A stretch of 64,000 nucleotides of DNA, taken from contig CAZUQM010000014.1 in the NCBI GenBank assembly GCA_964622545.1, forward strand, positions 39,726 to 103,725. The letters run 5' to 3'. The DNA is from an uncultured Planctomycetales bacterium. Lineage in GTDB: Bacteria; Planctomycetota; Phycisphaerae; UBA1845; JAFGLZ01. This document shows positions 57,446-64,000 of this stretch, piece after piece (positions within the stretch are counted from its first letter, which is position 1; each line of letters starts with the position of its first letter). The notes under the pieces are model-generated. The model made no database searches, was not told where the DNA came from, and saw only the letters and a list, made by a program, of their open reading frames with translations. Made by a program: the position numbers and the translations under genes.

Positions 57446-59836
57446 TTGACCCAACATGATCCGCGCGAGTCGCTCTTGCTTCTGGCGAACCAGAAGCGGC
57501 CGTATGAATTCCTCCAGAGGGCGTTGTTCCATCTGGCCCAGGTGCCCTCGGATGGTCAGGTCCGACTGCTCACGGTGCGGACCTTCGCCGAAATCGGACT
57601 CTTCGGCCCGGCTGTGGAGCTGATCGACGATCAGCCGGGGTTGCTCCAGCAAGCCCCGGACCTGGCCGCCTCGGCCGAGGCCCTTCGCCGGCAGCCGTCG
57701 GGGTTCGTGCCGTGGGCCGACCTGGCGGAGGTCTTCGAGAAGAACCTGGCCGCCGCCTGCGAGCGGTACGAGGCGATTCGCGACAACGAGAGCGCGCTGC
57801 GCGAGGCGACCGCGGACCTCGAGCTGTTCCGCTGCCATCACGGTAACCTCGGACTCAGCCGTCGTGGCGACGGGTCGCTGCGCGAATGGTTGCCCGGGAT
57901 GGTCGATTGGCCGGCCATGGTCGAGGGCTGCGAGGCCTTGCGTCCGGACCCGCGAGGTGTGTGCATGCCCATGATCGTCGAGGGGGTCGGGCTGGGGCAT
58001 GTCGTCCGCGCCGTGTACGACAACACCAGCGAGATGTTCCTGACCTACACGCCGCTGATCCACGTCTTCGAGCCGAACCTCGCGCAGCTCGCCGCGTGGC
58101 TGCACGTGGCCGACCACCGCGACATGCTGGCCGACGAGCGCTTCCTGCTGTGGGTCGGGCCGCGGGGCGCCGAAGGCTTCATCGACTACCACCGGGCGGA
58201 CCGGGCCCAGGCGGTCCCGCTGGGCGTCATGCGTCAACCCGGCTGGGGTCCCGCGGCCGAGCCCATGGCCGCCGGCGTCTTGGACCGCTTGAACGACGAG
58301 ACGGGGGCGCTCGAGGCGGAGCACCTGGCCGCGATCCGCGCGGGCCTCGCCGGCCGCTCCGAGCCGGAGGAGATCGCCGGGCGTTTCGCCGAGCGACACG
58401 ACCGTCCGCTGAAGATCCTGGGGATTACGAGCCGGTTCACGACGTTCCTCCAGTACTCGATGCGAGACATCGAAGCGACCGCCCGAGCCCGGGGACACGA
58501 GTTCCTGCTGTTGATCGAGCCGCATGATCACACCCCGCTCTTGCGGAGGGATTACATCCTGTCGCGGATCCGGGAGGCCATGCCGGACCTCATTCTGGTG
58601 TTGGACCACAACCGGAAGGAATACGAGTCGACGTACGACTACCCGATACCGTACTGCAACTGGATCCAGGACGACCTGCCCCATCTCTTCGGGCCGGGAG
58701 CGGGGACGGGGCTTCATCCCTACGACCTCGTCGTCGGGCTCATCGGCAACAGCCGTCTGCGGGAGTCCGGGTATCCGCCGGAGCAATGCCGCTACTTGCC
58801 CATGCCGGTCAGCACCGACAAGTTTTCGAACGAGCCGGTGTCCGCTTCCGAGAGGGCGGCTCACGCCTGCGACGTATCGTTCGTCAGCCACCTGCACTAC
58901 ACGCGCGAGGAGGTCCTTCGCGAGGCGCTGGCGCAGGTGGAGCAGCCGGAGCTACGTCGATTGATGGAGGCTCAGTACGAGAGGTTGGGCGACGAGATCG
59001 CCGCCGGCGACGTGTCGGGGACGTTCCTCCAGACGGTCGAGCGGATTCGGCTTCTGGCCCGCGAGCTGGGCTTTGAGATCGACCGGTCGAACGCCAACAG
59101 GTTCCGGCAGCTCTTCACCGATCGGATCATCAACGCCTACTACCGCGAGCAGGTGCTGCAGTGGACCAGCGACATGGGGCTGAACCTCCACATCTACGGC
59201 AAGGGGTGGGAGCGGCACCCGACGCTGGCCAAGCACGCCCGCGGACCCGCGGACCACGGACACCAGCTCCGGTGTATCTACCAGGCCTCGACGTTCAACA
59301 TCCAGGCCGTTCCCTCGGGGGCGATACACCAACGTCTCATCGAAGGCCTGAGCGCGGGAGGCTTCTTCCTGATCCGGCGGACGCCCTCCGACGACGTGGC
59401 CGCACTACAGGAGTCAATTCGGGATCGGTGTATCGCGCTGGGTCTGCAAGACACGACTGAGCTGTGGAACACGTCGGACGCGAACCTTGCCGCGGATGTC
59501 CGCGCCCTCAACGAGGCGCTCTTCGCGCCGTCTCAGCTTCACGATCACTTCGTGGCCGACCAGTACTTCGACGCCCGCAGCGGCCTGCGCTTGCAGGCGG
59601 GGACGCTGCTGCCGCATTACGATGAGGTCCGTTTCGGCACGCGGGAGGAGTTCGAGCGCGTCGTGGCCCGGTTCATCGAGGATGCTGACGCGCGACGCGA
59701 GGTTGCCGCGGCCCAGCGCGCGGCCGTGATCGATCAGTTCGGCTACACGGCCGTCCTCGAGCGCATCTTCGACTTCGCCGAGGAGCGCTTCGCATCGCTT
59801 GCCGCGGCCCAAGGCGTGCAGACGGTCACAAGCTAG
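57446..59836 (+). CDS. large hypothetical protein with a CgeB-like (DUF3880/Glyco_trans_1_2-type) C-terminal glycosyltransferase region
   Basis: The start is TTG, with GGGAAAGG 7 nt upstream, and no nearby in-frame ATG exists. The C-terminal pattern is LNLHIYGKGW..YQASTFNIQAVPSGAIHQRLIEGLSAGGFFLIRR. The N-terminal MIVEGVGLGHVV segment is reminiscent of Maf-type proteins. Confidence 0.6.
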   Translation: MTQHDPRESLLLLANQKRPYEFLQRALFHLAQVPSDGQVRLLTVRTFAEIGLFGPAVELIDDQPGLLQQAPDLAASAEALRRQPSGFVPWADLAEVFEKNLAAACERYEAIRDNESALREATADLELFRCHHGNLGLSRRGDGSLREWLPGMVDWPAMVEGCEALRPDPRGVCMPMIVEGVGLGHVVRAVYDNTSEMFLTYTPLIHVFEPNLAQLAAWLHVADHRDMLADERFLLWVGPRGAEGFIDYHRADRAQAVPLGVMRQPGWGPAAEPMAAGVLDRLNDETGALEAEHLAAIRAGLAGRSEPEEIAGRFAERHDRPLKILGITSRFTTFLQYSMRDIEATARARGHEFLLLIEPHDHTPLLRRDYILSRIREAMPDLILVLDHNRKEYESTYDYPIPYCNWIQDDLPHLFGPGAGTGLHPYDLVVGLIGNSRLRESGYPPEQCRYLPMPVSTDKFSNEPVSASERAAHACDVSFVSHLHYTREEVLREALAQVEQPELRRLMEAQYERLGDEIAAGDVSGTFLQTVERIRLLARELGFEIDRSNANRFRQLFTDRIINAYYREQVLQWTSDMGLNLHIYGKGWERHPTLAKHARGPADHGHQLRCIYQASTFNIQAVPSGAIHQRLIEGLSAGGFFLIRRTPSDDVAALQESIRDRCIALGLQDTTELWNTSDANLAADVRALNEALFAPSQLHDHFVADQYFDARSGLRLQAGTLLPHYDEVRFGTREEFERVVARFIEDADARREVAAAQRAAVIDQFGYTAVLERIFDFAEERFASLAAAQGVQTVTS

Positions 59837-59939
59837 ACCCCATCCATCCTGCCTCGGCAGCCCCCCCGTCGACTTGCCGTTGTGGGGCGAAGCGCCGTGC
59901 GACCCTTGCCGGGCGCATGGGGGTCGGGTTGAGTCGGCC

Positions 59940-61331
59940 TCAGGCGTCGAACGACCGACCCATCGCGCGGTGGATCTCGTTGTGACGCTGCTTGCTGAGC
60001 GGGTAGGGCCAGAACGCGGCCGCGGCCAACACGAACAAGATCACCGGTACGCCGACGAAGAGGATGCGCAACCCCATCAGCGCCGAGTCGGCCTGGACGA
60101 CGGCCTCGCCCTCGTAGCCGAGGCGTTGCAGCGTCTGGCCGATCAAGGCGTAGGCGACGGCCTGGCTGATCTTGCGGCTGAACTCGGCCGCGCCCCAATA
60201 GAACCCCTCGCGGCGCCGACCGGTGAGGTATTCGTCGTAGTCGACGGTATCGCCGATGATCGAGTACGGCAGGGACATGAACCCCCCGAAGGCGAGCCCC
60301 ATCACGCCGAGCAGCACGACGAACAGCCATACGCGATCGGGCGAGAGCAGCCACATCGGTCCGACGGCGACGGCAGCCAACAGCAGCGCGCCGATCAGGG
60401 CGGGCCGTTTGTCGGTCCGCTTGCTGAACCACGCCCACAGCGGCACGGCGATGATCGCACAGACCAGGAAGGCCATCACGGCGTAGGGGAAGACGTCCTC
60501 GGCGCGAAGGACGTGCTTGGCCACCTGGGCGCCGACGATGACGGGCACGATGATGCCCACGTTGTACAGCAGATACGTGGTTAGGATGATGACGAACGGC
60601 TTGTTGCGGAGCATGTCCCCGAAGCGGACGCGCGAGGTTGCTCCGTCGGACCGGCTGAACTCTGCCCGCTCGCGCGTACCGAAGACCGTGATCAGCATCG
60701 TGACGAAGATGACCACCCCGCAGATGCCGCTGGTGAAGCTGAAGCCGATGCGTTCGCTGCCGAACAGCCCGGCCACGATCTTGGCCGTGGCGCCGCCGGC
60801 GAGCCCGATGATGTAGAAGCCCTGGCGGTAGGCGATCAGGGACGTCCGTTCGTGATGATCGAGGGTCAGCTCGGTGCCCAACCCGTTGTAGGGCACGAGA
60901 TAGACCGTCGCACAGAGGTAGAACGCCGTGGCGGTCAGGAAGAGGTGCAGGCCGGTGTGCTCGGCCGGGGGCGTGAAGAGTAGGAACATCGACAGCCCGT
61001 ACGGCGCGGCGACGGCGAGGATGAAGGGTCTGCGGCGGCCCATCCGCGTGCGGGTCCGGTCGGACCACCATCCCATGGGGATGTCGGTCAGCGCATCGAG
61101 GATGACGGCGACCGCGATGGCCGTTCCCACCGTACCGGCCGGGACGTGCATGACGTCGGTGTAGAAGTACATCAGGTAGAGCGTGAGGCTGAACTCGAAC
61201 AGGCCGTTGCCGAACGTGGAGATGCCGTAGCTGAGCTTGGTGCCGAGGGAGAGCTTCCACGACGGCGCGTCGGTCGGCGACGCGGGGTGTGCCTCGGGTG
61301 GTGCCGTCGTGCTCGGTTCGGTGCCGGTCAT
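59940..61331 (-). CDS. glycoside-pentoside-hexuronide (GPH):cation symporter family MFS transporter
   Basis: The motifs are YFYTDVMHVPAGTVGTAIAVAVILDALTDIPMGWWSDRTRTRMGRRRPF. About 12 hydrophobic segments are visible. Confidence 0.85.
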   Translation of the reverse strand: MTGTEPSTTAPPEAHPASPTDAPSWKLSLGTKLSYGISTFGNGLFEFSLTLYLMYFYTDVMHVPAGTVGTAIAVAVILDALTDIPMGWWSDRTRTRMGRRRPFILAVAAPYGLSMFLLFTPPAEHTGLHLFLTATAFYLCATVYLVPYNGLGTELTLDHHERTSLIAYRQGFYIIGLAGGATAKIVAGLFGSERIGFSFTSGICGVVIFVTMLITVFGTRERAEFSRSDGATSRVRFGDMLRNKPFVIILTTYLLYNVGIIVPVIVGAQVAKHVLRAEDVFPYAVMAFLVCAIIAVPLWAWFSKRTDKRPALIGALLLAAVAVGPMWLLSPDRVWLFVVLLGVMGLAFGGFMSLPYSIIGDTVDYDEYLTGRRREGFYWGAAEFSRKISQAVAYALIGQTLQRLGYEGEAVVQADSALMGLRILFVGVPVILFVLAAAAFWPYPLSKQRHNEIHRAMGRSFDA

Positions 61332-61352
61332 CGGGTTCGGCTCGTTTCGGCG

Positions 61353-61781
61353 TCAGACGGGTCTGGGTTGCGTGGGCCAAGCCAGCAGGACCACGGCCAC
61401 CATCGCCAGCAGGATACCGAGCATCTGCACGGGCGTGGGCCGCTCGCCGAGGAAGGCCGCGCCCAGGATGATCGGGACGGTCATGTAGAGGGACGACATG
61501 GGCGAGAGGATGGAGATCGGCGCGCCCTCGCACATGCGATAGAACCCCCAATTGGCGATGACGTAGCACGCCCCGACGGCGACCGCAACCAGGTGCCCTG
61601 TGCCCAGGTGCAGCTCGGACCATCTGACCTTCGGGGCCAGCAGCAGCCCGATCATGAGGTAGCCGGGCATGTTGAAGACGACGGCGGTGAAGTTGTCGAT
61701 GCTGCGTGTGGCGATCTTCATCAGGAAGATGCCCAGGCCCCAGCCGAGGACGGTCAGCGCAAAATACAACCAGACGGTCAT
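61353..61781 (-). CDS. small integral membrane protein, EamA/DMT-like single domain
   Basis: The protein is 142 aa with about five hydrophobic segments. It sits 22 nt upstream of the GPH transporter gene in the same orientation. Confidence 0.55.
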   Translation of the reverse strand: MTVWLYFALTVLGWGLGIFLMKIATRSIDNFTAVVFNMPGYLMIGLLLAPKVRWSELHLGTGHLVAVAVGACYVIANWGFYRMCEGAPISILSPMSSLYMTVPIILGAAFLGERPTPVQMLGILLAMVAVVLLAWPTQPRPV

Positions 61782-61855
61782 GGGTGGATTCCTCCCCTTG
61801 GGGATGACCTACAGGATGCGGCGCGTCGCTCGTTGTGCGGACTCGTTGGCTCCGC

Positions 61856-63811
61856 TCAGACGATGCCCTTGACGCGGGCGACGATGTCGTCGGCGCTCAG
61901 TCCCACGAACGTCAGGACGTCCTCGGGACTGTTGCCCGACTTCGGGATCCGGGTGCAGGTCATCGTCTGCACGGTGCATGCTCCGGAGGCAGCGGCGGCC
62001 TCGGCGATCGCGCCGCCCAACGCCCCGCCGTAGTTGTCCTCGACGGTGAGGATCTTGCCGCCGGTCTTGGCCCCGGTCGACAGGATCGGCTCGGCCTTCA
62101 TGGGGAAGCTGTACGCATCGATCACGGTCACGTTGATGCCGTCGCCGGCGAGGGCCTCGGCGGCCTTGAGGGCGACGGTGACCATGTAGCCGCTGCTGAC
62201 GATGGTGATGGCGTCGCCCTCCCGGAGGACGTTGGCCCCGCCGATCTCGAAGGCGGCGTCCTTGTCGTAGAGCAAGGCCACGTCGGGGCGGTGCGTCCGC
62301 ATGTAGCACATGCCCTTGAGGTTGGCCATGAGCCCGGTCAGGTGATAGGCCGCGACCGCATCGGCCGGCTGGAACGAGAAGCAGGCGGGCTGGCCGCTGC
62401 CGTCGTCGGCGGTACCGAAGCTGCGGAAGTAGGACACATCCAGCAGGCCCATCTGGCTGGGCCCGTCGGCGGCGAGGGACACCCCGGCGTGCGAGCCGAC
62501 GATCTTGATGTTGGCTCGCGTGATGTTGGCCATCTCGACCTGGTCGTAGGCGCGGGCGATGAACTTGGCAAAGCTGCTGGCGAAGGGGATGAACCCGGCC
62601 GCGGCGAGACCGGCCGCCGCGGAGATCATGTTCTGCTCGGCGATCTTGCACTCGAAGAAGCGGTCGGGGATCTGCTTGGCGAAGTAGTTGGCGAACGTCG
62701 AGTTGCTCACGTCGCCGTCGAGCGAGACGACCCGCTCGTCGGCCTTGCCCAGGGCGAGCAGGGCCGCGCCGTAAGCGCGCCGGGTGGCTAGCTTGCCCTT
62801 GCTCTGGATCGCGTCGGACAGGCCGGCGTCCTCGATGGCCCGGTCGAACGGCGGCAGCGCGATCGCACCGTCGGGCAGGGCCTTGGCCTGTCCGCCGGGC
62901 GGACTCACGCCAAGGCCGTCGCCGCCTTCGCGGGAGATGCCGAGCTGGTCGTACATGCCGTCGAGGTCGGCGATCGCCTGCTCGGCTTCGTCCTGCTTGA
63001 GGGGCTTGCCGTGATTGCCCTCGGCCTGCAGCAGCGGCGTGCCCCAGCCCTTGACGGTCTTCAGGATGATCGCCAGGGGCTCGGGCGTCGTGCCGGCCCT
63101 GTCCAGAGCGGCGGCGACGGCCTCCACGTCGTGCCCGTCGATCGTGGTGACCTCCCATCCGAAGGCGTGCATCTTGGCCGCGAGCGTCTCGGCCGACTGC
63201 TGACTGGAGACGACATCGGCCTGGCCCTGACCGTTGGCGTTGAAGATCGCACAGACGTTGCTGAGCCCTTGGTCGACGATGAAGTCAGCGGCCTCCCAGA
63301 CCTGGCCCTCGCGGGACTCGCCGTCGCCGATGATGCAGAAGATGGTCTTGTCCGAGCCGCGGAGCTTGGCACCCAGGCCGAGACCGGCCGCGACCGACAG
63401 GCCCTGACCCAGCGAGCCGGTGGCCGCGTCGAAGAACGGCACGCCCTCGGCGGGGTTCGGGTGTCCGTCGAGGACGCTGTCGATCTCTCGGAGCGAGGCG
63501 AGGTCTTCGATGGTGAGCTTCTTGGCGTCGGCCTTGGTCTTGCCCACGGTGCCGCCGACGTCGGCGTAGACGGCATAGACGATCGGCACGGCGTGGCCTT
63601 CGCTGAGGACCAACCGATCGCTCGCGGGATTCCACGGGTCGGTGGGGTCGTACTTCATCCGCTTTTCCATCAACGTGATCACGAGGTGGGCCAGCGACAT
63701 GCCGCTGGACGGATGGCCCGAGCCGGCCTGGGTCGTCATGCTGATCACGTGCTTACCGAGTTCGATCGCCTTGGCGTTTACCGCATTCGAAAGGGTCATG
63801 ATGCTCTCCAT
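61856..63811 (-). CDS. tkt: transketolase
   Basis: The motifs are GSGHPSSGMSLAHL, VLSEGH and IIGDGESREGQVWEA (the TPP motif). Pyrimidine-binding and C-terminal domains follow. An alternative start is ATG 63799. Confidence 0.9.
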   Translation of the reverse strand: MESIMTLSNAVNAKAIELGKHVISMTTQAGSGHPSSGMSLAHLVITLMEKRMKYDPTDPWNPASDRLVLSEGHAVPIVYAVYADVGGTVGKTKADAKKLTIEDLASLREIDSVLDGHPNPAEGVPFFDAATGSLGQGLSVAAGLGLGAKLRGSDKTIFCIIGDGESREGQVWEAADFIVDQGLSNVCAIFNANGQGQADVVSSQQSAETLAAKMHAFGWEVTTIDGHDVEAVAAALDRAGTTPEPLAIILKTVKGWGTPLLQAEGNHGKPLKQDEAEQAIADLDGMYDQLGISREGGDGLGVSPPGGQAKALPDGAIALPPFDRAIEDAGLSDAIQSKGKLATRRAYGAALLALGKADERVVSLDGDVSNSTFANYFAKQIPDRFFECKIAEQNMISAAAGLAAAGFIPFASSFAKFIARAYDQVEMANITRANIKIVGSHAGVSLAADGPSQMGLLDVSYFRSFGTADDGSGQPACFSFQPADAVAAYHLTGLMANLKGMCYMRTHRPDVALLYDKDAAFEIGGANVLREGDAITIVSSGYMVTVALKAAEALAGDGINVTVIDAYSFPMKAEPILSTGAKTGGKILTVEDNYGGALGGAIAEAAAASGACTVQTMTCTRIPKSGNSPEDVLTFVGLSADDIVARVKGIV

Positions 63812-64000
63812 TTCCGCTTGATGTCACAGTCCGTGGCCGGATCAGCCTATAGGCTACCACCGGGTACATCAAGTCCGATGCCGAGAGCCTCGTCCTTGAT
63901 TCACGGGCGAGAGGAGGCGAGAAGGGCTCGCGGCTCTTGTGGCGGAGGGTCGGGGCACCACCAGGCATACGACCGCTATGTTGCGCCGAAGAAGCTGCGC

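Overview
This is a GC-rich chromosomal segment in which real genes show G/C-dominated third codon positions. The six-frame track therefore contains many long spurious antisense or off-frame ORFs rich in Arg, Pro, Gly and Ala. I support 37 protein-coding genes plus one candidate leader mini-ORF. I found no rRNA, tRNA, CRISPR array, transposase or integrase. The gene content includes TAT-signal Gfo/Idh/MocA oxidoreductases, a sulfatase, a PQQ-like beta-propeller, a HAF/PEP-CTERM protein, heparinase II/III-like genes, DUF1961 and GH172. This mix suggests a Planctomycetota-like (PVC) organism, which is inference only. Layout: (1) 1-14.8 kb is a glycan-degradation cluster with a discoidin-domain hydrolase fragment, a GH27 alpha-galactosidase, two very large uncharacterised secreted proteins, a PQQ-propeller protein and GH172. 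(2) 15-21 kb holds a surface repeat protein, an oxidoreductase, and a sulfatase bracketed by direct repeats. (3) 21.2-25.3 kb holds pheS-pheT, preceded by what looks like a Phe-codon leader-peptide attenuator. (4) 25.6-32.3 kb holds a HAF repeat protein, an oxidoreductase-like gene, an ACT protein, an orphan GHKL ATPase and a heparinase-like gene. (5) 32.9-38.9 kb holds gltD-gltB. (6) 39.6-43.8 kb holds a heparinase-like gene and DUF1961. (7) 44.1-59.8 kb is a tightly coupled sialic-acid-like (nonulosonic acid) sugar operon with formyl, amidino and methyl tailoring genes, followed by two large divergent uncharacterised transferase-like genes. (8) 59.9-63.8 kb holds a GPH transporter, a small DMT-like protein and transketolase. 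The most interesting signals are the pheST attenuator, the atypical nonulosonic-acid cluster with its two unknown transferase candidates, and a modular family of hairpin-rich intergenic repeats. That family includes octanucleotide YGACGTGT arrays of variable copy number, and it tiles nearly every long intergenic region. All functional calls come from reading motifs by eye. No database search or folding program was run.
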